Below are positions 10,112-18,718 of a stretch of 64,000 bases of DNA, in pieces. This stretch comes from Longimicrobiales bacterium (lineage in GTDB: Bacteria > Gemmatimonadota > Gemmatimonadetes > Longimicrobiales > Gaopeijiaceae). The stretch lies in contig OZ220732.1 of assembly GCA_965116905.1 (NCBI GenBank), positions 2,336,001 to 2,400,000 on the forward strand. Direction: 5' to 3'. Under the pieces are notes generated by a model, which saw nothing but the letters and a program-made list of their open reading frames with translations, had not been told where the DNA came from and did no database searches. The translations under genes and the position numbers were made by a program. The number at the start of each line of letters is the position of its first letter. The stretch's first letter is position 1.

Positions 10112-11508
10112 CACGGATCGTCCGGGAGCACCACGCGAGGACCCTCGCCGCGCTCCTCCATGGCGTCCATGTGCAGGAAGTACTTTCCGACGCCGGCGGC
10201 GCCCTGCATGTGCCCGGTCTGCGCAACGAGCAGTTCCGGCTGCACGCGGTGCTCGGCCTGGGTCCACTTGCGGCCGCTGCCACCGGGTCTGTCGACGGTG
10301 GTCGCACGGTGGACGAGGTCGGCGTTCAGGCGGTCGGCGAAGGCTCTGTATTCGGCCTTGCCGGTGGTGCGGTGCAGGGTCAGGAAGTGCTCCGCGGCCC
10401 CCGCTGTGCCACAGCACTGGCTGATGTTCTCCCAGAAGCCGGGGGCGCGCCGCTCCGGGATGCCCGTGGCCATGACCCCGCGTGCGCCGCGGGCGACCCA
10501 GTCGTGCCATTCGGGGTCGCCGGTGATCTCGCCGAGCTGGTGGAAGAGGCGGTTGGTGCCGACCGGGCCGTGGCACCACGAGAGGTAGTGGAGGTCTTCG
10601 CCGCCGGGGCGGGAGTGGAAGATGCGGTAGCCGTCGTCCAGGGTGGCCTGCGAGGTGAGGTAATGGCCGCCGGCCAACGCGGCCTCCAGGAAGTCGCGCT
10701 CTCCGGTGGCGCGGTGCAGGGTGGCGAGGAAGTATGCGATGCCGGCGGTGCCGTGCGAGAAGTTGGGCATCTCGCGGGCGTAGCCGGGCCACATGTCCCA
10801 GCGCAGGCCGGTGTCTGTCTCGATGGCGCGACCGAGGAGCCTCCTTCCCGCCCCCTCCGCAGCCTCCAGCGCGTTGTCGTAGCGGAGTGTGCGGCCGAGT
10901 TGGAGGAGTGCGAGACCGGTGCCGGCCGTGCCGCTGATGATGTCGTTGGATTCGATGGCGTCGCTGCCGGACCCGCGAGGCCAGGCGACACCCGGGCCCA
11001 CGCGGCGGGCCCGGTCGATCAACCGGGAGGTGGCGCCCGCGGCGGTGATGCGGTCGGACTCCCGGCCGGTTGCGCGCGCCGTCTCGGCGAGGACGAAAGC
11101 GATGCCCGCGAGCCCGGTGTAGAGGCCGGCGTCCTGAACGTCGTCGAGTCTGGCGGCCAGGTGCGCCGCGCCCTGGGCTGCCGCGTCCAGATACTGCTCG
11201 TTGCCGGTCGCGTGGTGGAGTTCCAGCGCGAACTGGATGACGCCCGGCGAGTGTGTATACAGTGTGTAACCGACGGATTCCGGATCGGTGGGGTCGGCGG
11301 GCCAGGTGGCGCCGTCGGGGGTGTCGATGCGGGCGGCGTCGACCCACCGCCAGGCCTCCATCGCGAGTTGCAGCCATGGACGCTCGGCCGCGGGATGCTG
11401 CCCGAACGCGCGGAGCAGGCCCGGCGAGAGGGCAGCGGCCGCCGCGGCCCCCGCCGTCGCGGAGATGAAGGTCCGTCGGGACGGCCGGTTGACACACAAT
11501 TCGCACAT
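10108..11508 (-). CDS. Tat-signal lanthionine synthetase C-like (LanC-like) protein
   Basis: GGAGG RBS; SRRTFI twin-arginine signal; repeated GxxG motifs GLYTGLAG, DIISGTAG, NFSHGTAG, SWCHGPVG, QCCGTAG. Confidence 0.85.
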   Translation of the reverse strand: MCELCVNRPSRRTFISATAGAAAAAALSPGLLRAFGQHPAAERPWLQLAMEAWRWVDAARIDTPDGATWPADPTDPESVGYTLYTHSPGVIQFALELHHATGNEQYLDAAAQGAAHLAARLDDVQDAGLYTGLAGIAFVLAETARATGRESDRITAAGATSRLIDRARRVGPGVAWPRGSGSDAIESNDIISGTAGTGLALLQLGRTLRYDNALEAAEGAGRRLLGRAIETDTGLRWDMWPGYAREMPNFSHGTAGIAYFLATLHRATGERDFLEAALAGGHYLTSQATLDDGYRIFHSRPGGEDLHYLSWCHGPVGTNRLFHQLGEITGDPEWHDWVARGARGVMATGIPERRAPGFWENISQCCGTAGAAEHFLTLHRTTGKAEYRAFADRLNADLVHRATTVDRPGGSGRKWTQAEHRVQPELLVAQTGHMQGAAGVGKYFLHMDAMEERGEGPRVVLPDDPW

Positions 11509-11534
11509 GCCGGTTGCCTCCTGGGAATCTGCCC

Positions 11535-14500
11535 TCAGTTCCCGGTCGTGTTCGCCACGCCGGGCAACTCGCCCGGCTCGTCGTCCCACCACCACAGCGG
11601 CGCGACTTCGCGGTCGCCCGGATGAATCTCGGCGAGCGTGTCGGCGTCGTACAGGCGCCCGTTCATCATCACCATGTGGATGCGGTTGGTGTTGCGGATG
11701 TCGTCCAGCGGGTTTGCGTCGAGGATCACCAGGTCCGCCAGCTTGCCGGCCTCGATCGTGCCCAGATCCTCGTCGAGCCCGATCGCCTCGGCGCCCATGA
11801 TGGTCGCCATGCGGATCGCGTCGAGTTCGCCGATGCCGCCTGCCGCCATCGCCCACAGCTCCCAGTGGTATCCCAGCCCCTGCAGCTGGCCGTGGCTGCC
11901 CACGCCCGCCCGCCCTCCCGCCTCGACCAGGTCCTTGACGAAAAGGGCGTGATCGGCAAAGACGTGCTCGTCGTCGCGGAACCACTGGCCGCGGCGTCGG
12001 GTGGAGGCGTCGATCACCGAGTGGGGCACGAACCGGCGCAGCTTGGCGTCGTCGTGCGGGTTCTCGCGGCTGTAGAAGTAGTTCTCGGCCCACGGCCCGC
12101 CGTACGAGACCAGCAGGGTCGGCGAATAGGCGCGCTCCTGCGCCTTGAAGAGCTGCACGTAGTCGTCGTATACGGGGTAGATGGGAATCGAGTGCTCCAG
12201 ACCCGGATAGCCGTCGATCGTCTCGTTGAGGTTCTGGCGGAGGTTGAGCGACCCCTCGGTGGTGGGCATCAGGCCAAGTTCGCGCGCCGCCATGATGATC
12301 CATTGGCGCGACTGGCGGTTCCCGGCCACGTACATCTTGATCGTCTTGGTGTCGAAGTAGTTGGCGTACTTGGAGAGGATGTCGCGCGCCTCGTCTTCGG
12401 AATCGATCATGTGCTGCCAGAAGACGCCGGGACCGGTGGAGTAGACGCGGGGGCCGACGAGGTCGCCGGTGCGGACGAGGTCGGCGTAGCTGAGTACGTC
12501 GGTCGTGCCGGTCTGCGGGTCGCGCGTGGTGGTGACGCCGTAGGCGAGATTCGCCAGGTAGGGCCAGACATCGGCGCGGTGCAGGTTGCGGGCGGGGCGC
12601 ATGTGGGCGTGGGTGTCGACGAAGCCCGGCACGATGGTCTTGCCCGCGAGGTCGATTACGCGGGCGTCGGCGGGCGCGTCGAGTGAGCCGGAGGGCCCCA
12701 CCGCGGCGATACGGTTGTCGCGCACCAGGATGTCGCCCCGCTCGATCACCCCCGCGCCGGCGACGGTGACGACGCGCGCGCCGGTCAGCAGCGCGGTGCC
12801 GCTGGGGATATCCCGCGCCGCTTCGATTCCGATCCAGACCTCGGCGGGCTCGTAGCCGGGTTCGTCCTGGTCGCTCTCATCCTCCTCCTCCTCCTCGCTC
12901 TCCTGTGCGGCCTCCTCGGCCTCGCGCGCGGCCTCCTCGAAGGCTTCCGCCGCATCCAGGTCATACGTGAAGAACGCGCGGCCGAGCGACCAGTGCACGG
13001 CCCGGCCGCTTGCCGCCCAGGCGGGGAACTCGCCGCCCATGTCCGTGAGGCGGCGGGCCGGTACGGCGGCGTTGTCCGGGTTGCCGACGTTGATCAGGGG
13101 TGCCTCGCCGCCCACCAGCGGGACGGTCGTGGTGTAGATCTGTCCCTCGATGAGGGCCATGACCTGGTCGCCGCGCGGCGCCATCCGCAGCACCGAGGGC
13201 GTGAGCGCGTTCTGGGATCCTGGCGGCGTGGGGCCGCGCACGCGCACATGCCGGCGCTCGTCGGTCCCGTCCCAGCGAATGGAGACCAGGATGTCGGGGC
13301 CGCGCTGCAGGTAGATGCGGTCGGCGGAGGGACCATCCATGCCGCCTGCGCCATGGCTTCCGCCCACCCCCTCGGCGAAGTGGGGTCCGCCGCGGCCGTC
13401 GACGGGGGCGATCACGGTGGCTGTGCCCGGCCCGCCGCCGTCGGCAACCCACACGATTTCGGCGGGGGCCGGCCCTCCCGATCCGAAGCCGCCGGCCGAC
13501 TCCTGGAAGTCGCGCGCGTAGCCTCTGAGCGCCACGATCCGGTCGCCGTCCGGGGACCAGGCCGGCATCACGTACACGGCGGCCATCGTGGTCAGCTGGA
13601 CCGGCGTCCCGCTTCCGTCCGCGCGCGTCTTGAACAGGTGGCCGCCCTCGCCGTCCCAGGTCGCGTAGACGACCCAGCCGCCGTCCGGGGACCACGCCGG
13701 GTAGTGCTCGGACATGTCCGAATCGGTCAGTCGGCGTGGGTCGGAGCCGTCCGCGCCCGCCACCCAGAGGCGGTCCAGTGCGGTGAACGCGATGCGGGAG
13801 CCGTCGGGCGAGGGGACCGCGTCGCGGATCTGCCGGACGGTGAAGGTGGGGGTGTCCTCGATCGGGTAGTCGAAGTCGACGACGGGGCCGAGCGCGAGGT
13901 CGTACCGCACCCGGAACGGGATCTCCTCGGCGCCGCCCTCCTCGATGTCCAGCTTCCAGATCCTGCCGCCGTAGCTGGTCACCAGGTAGCGCGAGTCGGG
14001 GGTGAAGGACATCCCGGGAAGCACATCGAGGGTCGCGCGCGACTCCTGGTCGTCGTGCTGAACGGGGTGGGCGAGCCAGCGTTCGTCGCCGGAAGTGAGG
14101 TCGCGGATCCGCAGCCCCGTGCGCGCATCGTGGCGCGTGCCGTAGACGAGCCAGCGGCCGTCCGGGGACAGGGTGGGGCGCACCCCCGACCCGAAGCGCG
14201 AGGTGCGGGTGTAGGTCTGGCCGGTTTCCCTGTCGTACACGGCGAGCTGGTACTGCGGCAGCTGCGCGTTGTACGTCCAGTCGCCGGTGCGCCGCGCGTG
14301 CCAGATGTAGCGGCCCGTGGGGTCGAAGGCGGCCCCGAGCGTCTTCAGGTTCTCGGGCTCGTCGACCAATTGCACGCCGGAGCCCCCGTCCACGTGGTAC
14401 AGCCAGAGCTTCGGCAGGCCGCCGCCGCGGAAGCCTCCCTTGGACGCGACGATGTAGTCACCATCGGGGGACCAGTCGGGCGACTCGGTCCGGTTGGAGG

Positions 14501-14882
14501 CGCCCTCTGTGACCTGGATGGTGTCCGATCCGTCCATTGACATGACCCAGACGTTCTGGCCGCCGCTGCGGTCCGACGTGAAGACGATGCGCGAGCCGTC
14601 GGGCGAAAACCGTGGCTGGGCGTCGAAGGCCATGCCGGAGGTGAGCTGCGTGGCGTCGCCGCCGGTGATCGGGATCGTGAAGAGGTTGCCGAGGTGGTCG
14701 AAGACGATGGTCGTGCCGTCGGGGCTCACGTCCAGCGAGATCCACGAACCGACGGTCATGTCGATCGCGAGCGTGCGGTCGATGGGGAGGGGGAGGGCGG
14801 CGTCCTCGTCGCCGTCGGACTCCTGGGCGAAGATGCCGGCGGGGATGAGGAGCGTGGTGGCGAAGGGGAGGGTCCGCATCAT
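11535..14882 (-). CDS. Secreted TolB-like (PD40) beta-propeller + amidohydrolase protein
   Basis: Signal peptide; many SPDG repeats; PGFVDTHAH, GVTTTRDP, GTIEAGKLADLVILDANPL. Confidence 0.9.
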   Translation of the reverse strand: MMRTLPFATTLLIPAGIFAQESDGDEDAALPLPIDRTLAIDMTVGSWISLDVSPDGTTIVFDHLGNLFTIPITGGDATQLTSGMAFDAQPRFSPDGSRIVFTSDRSGGQNVWVMSMDGSDTIQVTEGASNRTESPDWSPDGDYIVASKGGFRGGGLPKLWLYHVDGGSGVQLVDEPENLKTLGAAFDPTGRYIWHARRTGDWTYNAQLPQYQLAVYDRETGQTYTRTSRFGSGVRPTLSPDGRWLVYGTRHDARTGLRIRDLTSGDERWLAHPVQHDDQESRATLDVLPGMSFTPDSRYLVTSYGGRIWKLDIEEGGAEEIPFRVRYDLALGPVVDFDYPIEDTPTFTVRQIRDAVPSPDGSRIAFTALDRLWVAGADGSDPRRLTDSDMSEHYPAWSPDGGWVVYATWDGEGGHLFKTRADGSGTPVQLTTMAAVYVMPAWSPDGDRIVALRGYARDFQESAGGFGSGGPAPAEIVWVADGGGPGTATVIAPVDGRGGPHFAEGVGGSHGAGGMDGPSADRIYLQRGPDILVSIRWDGTDERRHVRVRGPTPPGSQNALTPSVLRMAPRGDQVMALIEGQIYTTTVPLVGGEAPLINVGNPDNAAVPARRLTDMGGEFPAWAASGRAVHWSLGRAFFTYDLDAAEAFEEAAREAEEAAQESEEEEEDESDQDEPGYEPAEVWIGIEAARDIPSGTALLTGARVVTVAGAGVIERGDILVRDNRIAAVGPSGSLDAPADARVIDLAGKTIVPGFVDTHAHMRPARNLHRADVWPYLANLAYGVTTTRDPQTGTTDVLSYADLVRTGDLVGPRVYSTGPGVFWQHMIDSEDEARDILSKYANYFDTKTIKMYVAGNRQSRQWIIMAARELGLMPTTEGSLNLRQNLNETIDGYPGLEHSIPIYPVYDDYVQLFKAQERAYSPTLLVSYGGPWAENYFYSRENPHDDAKLRRFVPHSVIDASTRRRGQWFRDDEHVFADHALFVKDLVEAGGRAGVGSHGQLQGLGYHWELWAMAAGGIGELDAIRMATIMGAEAIGLDEDLGTIEAGKLADLVILDANPLDDIRNTNRIHMVMMNGRLYDADTLAEIHPGDREVAPLWWWDDEPGELPGVANTTGN

Positions 14883-14937
14883 GGCATGGCATCCTTGATC
14901 GCACATGGTTTCCGTTGACTCGCGGGCGTAGCGCGTC

Positions 14938-14977
14938 GCGGCGTAACTTGCGGCGCAATACGCGGCGTAATATGCGG
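14938..14977. repeat. 12-bp imperfect tandem repeat GCGGCGYAAYWY x3 in divergent intergenic region
   Basis: GCGGCGTAACTT / GCGGCGCAATAC / GCGGCGTAATAT / GCGG read directly. Confidence 0.7.
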
Positions 14978-15034
14978 TCGCGAGTCGCTCGGCGGCTACC
15001 GGGGACGCGATCCCTTCATCCATGTGAGACCACG

Positions 15035-15418
15035 ATGACGGACACTGGGCTCTACCCGCTCTACGACCTCCTGTTCGTCGTGTTCCACACGGCCCTCATC
15101 GTCTTCAACGTGTTCGGCTGGGCCTGGCGAAGAACGCGGCGGGCCCACCTCGTCACCATCTCCGCCACCCTGCTTTCCTGGTTCGGACTCGGAATCGCGT
15201 ACGGGTGGGGGTATTGTCCGCTCACCGACTGGCACTGGCAGGTCAAGCGGGCATTGGGAGAGACCGGCCTGCCGGCGTCGTGGGTGAAGTACTACCTGGA
15301 TCAGGTCACCGGCGTTGCGTGGAACGCGGGGCTCGTCGACGGCCTGGTCGTCGGCACGGCGCTAGCGGCGCTGGTGCTGTCGGTTGTGCTGAACATGCGG
15401 GATCGGCGGCGGGGATGA
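15035..15418 (+). CDS. DUF2784 family membrane protein
   Basis: FHTALIVFNVFGW and GYCPLTDWHW motifs. Confidence 0.8.
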   Translation: MTDTGLYPLYDLLFVVFHTALIVFNVFGWAWRRTRRAHLVTISATLLSWFGLGIAYGWGYCPLTDWHWQVKRALGETGLPASWVKYYLDQVTGVAWNAGLVDGLVVGTALAALVLSVVLNMRDRRRG

Positions 15419-15504
15419 GCTTGCGCCCGGGTCTCCAGCCGACAGATTAGCCTTCGTCCCCCTGAAGACAGGGCATCCAGACCCCATACGGAGAGAATTC
15501 GATC

Positions 15505-17184
15505 TTGAACGCAACCAGAAACGCGCGGGTCCGCTCCCGCCCGCTGTGCGCGGCTGCCCTGCGCACCGCCGCCCTGTGCGCCACCGCCCTGCGCACCGCC
15601 GCCCTGTGCGCCACCGCCCTGCGCACCGCCGCCCTGCGCACCGCCGCCGTGTGCGCCGTCGCCGTGTGCGCCGTCGCCGTGTGCGCCGCGGTCTTGATGG
15701 CCGCCCCGCCCGTGCTTGCCCAGGAGTCCGAATCGGCCCCCGCCCCCTCCCGCTGGGAGTCGAGCCACTCGATCGTGGTCGGCGGCGAGACCGTCGAGTA
15801 CGACGCGGTCGTGGCCTCCACCACCCTGACCAACGACGATGGCGAACCCGCGGCCGAACTCTTCTACACCGCCTACTTCCGCACCAACGCGGCGCCTTCG
15901 CGGGAACGGCCGCTCGTCTTCTCCTACAACGGCGGTCCCGGCTCGGCGTCGTTCTGGCTCCACATGGGGATCATGGGCCCGCGCCGGGTGGTCACGCCCG
16001 AGGTCGGCCCGCAGGGCGCGCCACCGTATCCGCTCGAGGACAACGAATACACGATCCTGGACGTCGCGGACATCGTCATGGTGGATCCGATCGGGACCGG
16101 CTTCAGCCACCTGCTCGGCGACACGCCCGGGTCCGACTACTGGGGCATCGACGAGGACGCGCGCTCGCTGGCGCAGTTCGTCAGGCGCTTCCTGAGCGAG
16201 CACGAGCGGTGGAACTCGCCGCGCTACCTCCTGGGCGAGAGCTACGGCACGACGCGCTCGGCCGTCCTGGCCCGCCACCTGCAGGGCGCGAACATCGATC
16301 TGAACGGGATCGTGCTGGTGTCGGCCGTTCTCCAGTTCAACACGATCCAGTTCGCGCCCGGGGACGACCTGCCGTACATCGTGAACCTGCCGTCGTACGC
16401 GATCACCGCGCGCTACCTCGATGCGCTGCCCGGGCCCAACCCGCCGGACCTGGAGGCGTTCATGGCCGAGGTGGAGGCGTGGTCCCTTACCGAGTACGCG
16501 ACGGCCTTGCTGGCCGGCGGCACCCTCGATGCGGACACCCGCGCCCGCGTGATCGACCGGATGCATCGCTACACGGGGCTCAGCCACGACTTCATCGACA
16601 AGTCGGACCTGCGCGTCACCGCGCCCGCCTTCGAGGCGGAACTCCTGCGCGACGAGGGGCGGATCGTCGGACGCCTGGATGCGCGTTTCACAGGTCCGGC
16701 CGGCGATGTGCTCGGCGGACGTCCGTCGCACGATCCGCAATCGACGGCGATCAGTTCGGCGTACACCTCGGCCTTCAACAGCTACGTGCGCGACGAGCTG
16801 GGCTACGACGGAGAGCGGGAATACGTGCCCAGTGGCGGCACCCGCAACTGGAACTGGGGACGCCTGGGCGGGGGTGGGGCCTTCGTCCGCGGAGGCGGCA
16901 CGCCCAACGTCTCGCCTGACCTGGCCACCGCCATGAAGCGCAATCCCAGCCTCGAAGTCCTGCTGATCAACGGCATCTACGACCTCGCGACGCCGTACTT
17001 CGCGGCCGTCTGGGCCATGGATCACATGGGGCTGCCGCCGGATCTGAGGGACAATATCGAGCGGGCCGACTTCGCCGCGGGTCACATGATGTACGTCGAG
17101 CAGTCGCTGCTTCCGCAGTGGAAGGAGACGCTGGACGCGTTCATCCTCCGGACCTCCGGGCGGTCGGCACCGGTGTCGCAGTAG
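15505..17184 (+). CDS. Peptidase S10 serine carboxypeptidase, secreted
   Basis: YNGGPGSAS, DPIGTGFS, GESYG, YDLATP, AGHMMY. TTG start after GGAGAG; start position uncertain. Confidence 0.9.
   Translation: MNATRNARVRSRPLCAAALRTAALCATALRTAALCATALRTAALRTAAVCAVAVCAVAVCAAVLMAAPPVLAQESESAPAPSRWESSHSIVVGGETVEYDAVVASTTLTNDDGEPAAELFYTAYFRTNAAPSRERPLVFSYNGGPGSASFWLHMGIMGPRRVVTPEVGPQGAPPYPLEDNEYTILDVADIVMVDPIGTGFSHLLGDTPGSDYWGIDEDARSLAQFVRRFLSEHERWNSPRYLLGESYGTTRSAVLARHLQGANIDLNGIVLVSAVLQFNTIQFAPGDDLPYIVNLPSYAITARYLDALPGPNPPDLEAFMAEVEAWSLTEYATALLAGGTLDADTRARVIDRMHRYTGLSHDFIDKSDLRVTAPAFEAELLRDEGRIVGRLDARFTGPAGDVLGGRPSHDPQSTAISSAYTSAFNSYVRDELGYDGEREYVPSGGTRNWNWGRLGGGGAFVRGGGTPNVSPDLATAMKRNPSLEVLLINGIYDLATPYFAAVWAMDHMGLPPDLRDNIERADFAAGHMMYVEQSLLPQWKETLDAFILRTSGRSAPVSQ
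15541..15690 (+). repeat. About 10 copies of a 15-bp unit (ALRTA/ALCAT/AVCAV) in the signal-peptide region
   Basis: GCCCTGCGCACCGCC / GCCCTGTGCGCCACC / GCCGTGTGCGCCGTC units read directly. Confidence 0.85.
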
Positions 17185-17241
17185 GCTCGCCGGATCCGGC
17201 CGCGGTCAGGCCGACCCACCGACCGAACCCGCCCGCCGCCA

Positions 17242-18111
17242 ATGCCCCTGACCGCGCTCGCCCTGGTGCTGGGGGCCGGGTTCCTGCACGCGTCGTGGAA
17301 CCTCATCCTCAAGCGCACGAGCGAACGGCTGCTTGTCGTATCCTGGGGACTGCTGCTCGGCGCGATCATCTTCCTGCCGGCGCTCATCCAGGCCGGGCCG
17401 CCCCCCGCGCGGGTATGGCCCTACGCCGCCGCGAGCGCCGCCGTGCTGCTGGGGTACTACACGTGCCTCGCCCGGGCCTACGATCGCGGCGCGTTCTCGC
17501 TGGTCTACCCGGTCGCGCGCGGCACGGCGCCGGCCATGCTGACGATCTGGGCGATCGTCTTTCTGGGCGAGCGGCCCAGCGCGGTCGGCATCTCCGGAAT
17601 CGCCCTCATCCTCGGCGGGCTCGTCGTGCTCGGCGGCGCGCCAATGCTGGTCGGGCGGGGCGGAGAGCGCGGCTGGGAGGCGGTTCGCACACACGCGCGC
17701 GGCGCCGGCACCGCCTTCCTCGTGGCGCTGCTCGTGTCCGTCTACACCGCAATCGACGGCGCGGCTGTGCGGCATTGGACGCCGATTCCCTACCTTGTCG
17801 TCGTGTTCGCGCTGGCGGGGGCCGCCCTGATCCCTCTGCTCGCGCTGCGCTATGGTAAACATGTGTTTACAGTGCTGCGAACGCACTGGATCCCGACCGT
17901 TGTCATCGCGATCATGACGCTGGCGGCGTACTCGCTGGTGTTGAGCGCCTTCCGCATCGCCCCGGTCAGCTATGCCGGCGCCGCCCGGGAGGTCGGCATC
18001 GTGTTTGCGGCCCTGGCGGGATGGCTTCTCCTTGGCGAGCGCTTCGGCGGCGTGCGCACCGTCGGCGCGGTCGCGGTGTTCCTCGGGATCGGGCTCCTGG
18101 CGCTGGCATGA
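17242..18111 (+). CDS. EamA/DMT family transporter
   Basis: LHASWN, SLVYPVARG, AREVGIVF...LGERFG; about 10 TMs. Confidence 0.9.
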   Translation: MPLTALALVLGAGFLHASWNLILKRTSERLLVVSWGLLLGAIIFLPALIQAGPPPARVWPYAAASAAVLLGYYTCLARAYDRGAFSLVYPVARGTAPAMLTIWAIVFLGERPSAVGISGIALILGGLVVLGGAPMLVGRGGERGWEAVRTHARGAGTAFLVALLVSVYTAIDGAAVRHWTPIPYLVVVFALAGAALIPLLALRYGKHVFTVLRTHWIPTVVIAIMTLAAYSLVLSAFRIAPVSYAGAAREVGIVFAALAGWLLLGERFGGVRTVGAVAVFLGIGLLALA

Positions 18112-18665
18112 TCTTCCGGCCGGTCACCCCGGAGCGCTGGACCGACTTCGAGCGCCTTTTCGAGGCTCGTGGCGGACCGAAGTACTGCTGGTGCATGGTG
18201 GGGCGAAGGGACGACGCCGGCAGAATTCCACGCACCAACGCCGATCGCAAGCAGGCCATGGCCTCGAAGATCCGGTGCGGTACGCCGGTGGGGATTCTGG
18301 CCTACGACGACGAGGAGCCCGTGGCGTGGTGCTCGGTGGCGCCCCGGATGACGCTTTCCGTATACAGGGGGCTCGAGTGGCCGGAGGGCGACCGGTCCAC
18401 CGTGTGGTCCATCACGTGCTTCTACGTGAAGCGCGGGATTCGGCGGGGTGGAATCATGTCCCGCCTGATCGACGAGGCGGTGGCCCACGCGCGCCGCAAC
18501 GGAGCCTCGGTCGTGGAGGCCTATCCGGTGGCGCCCGATTCGCCCAGCTACCGCTTCTGCGGCTTCGTGCCCGTGTTTGCCGAGCGAGGGTTCGTAGAGG
18601 TGGGGCGTGCCGGGTTGCGGCGCCATGTGATGAGGCGGGAGTTGCGCCGGAGGTGCGTCGGCTGA
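18108..18665 (+). CDS. GNAT family N-acetyltransferase
   Basis: CWCM, PVAWCSVAPR, WSITCFYV, RRGG motif A, VEAYP; ATGA overlap with upstream gene. Confidence 0.85.
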   Translation: MIFRPVTPERWTDFERLFEARGGPKYCWCMVGRRDDAGRIPRTNADRKQAMASKIRCGTPVGILAYDDEEPVAWCSVAPRMTLSVYRGLEWPEGDRSTVWSITCFYVKRGIRRGGIMSRLIDEAVAHARRNGASVVEAYPVAPDSPSYRFCGFVPVFAERGFVEVGRAGLRRHVMRRELRRRCVG

Positions 18666-18718
18666 GATTGTGGGACTTGGTCAAAGTCACGACGGGGAGG
18701 GGGAAGGGGAGGTGTGTG

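Noticed and set aside
10108..11508. Lanthipeptide biosynthetic cluster
   Set aside because: No dehydratase or kinase, precursor peptide or dedicated exporter nearby; the LanC-like protein is exported.
8621..12303. ORF-track 961-aa and 731-aa proteins as long fusions
   Set aside because: The N-terminal extensions are Arg/Pro-rich shadow frames of neighbouring genes; real starts are 10111 and 11508.
17972..18718. N-terminal extension making an 818-aa protein
   Set aside because: Overlaps the EamA and GNAT genes; an RBS supports a start at 18719.
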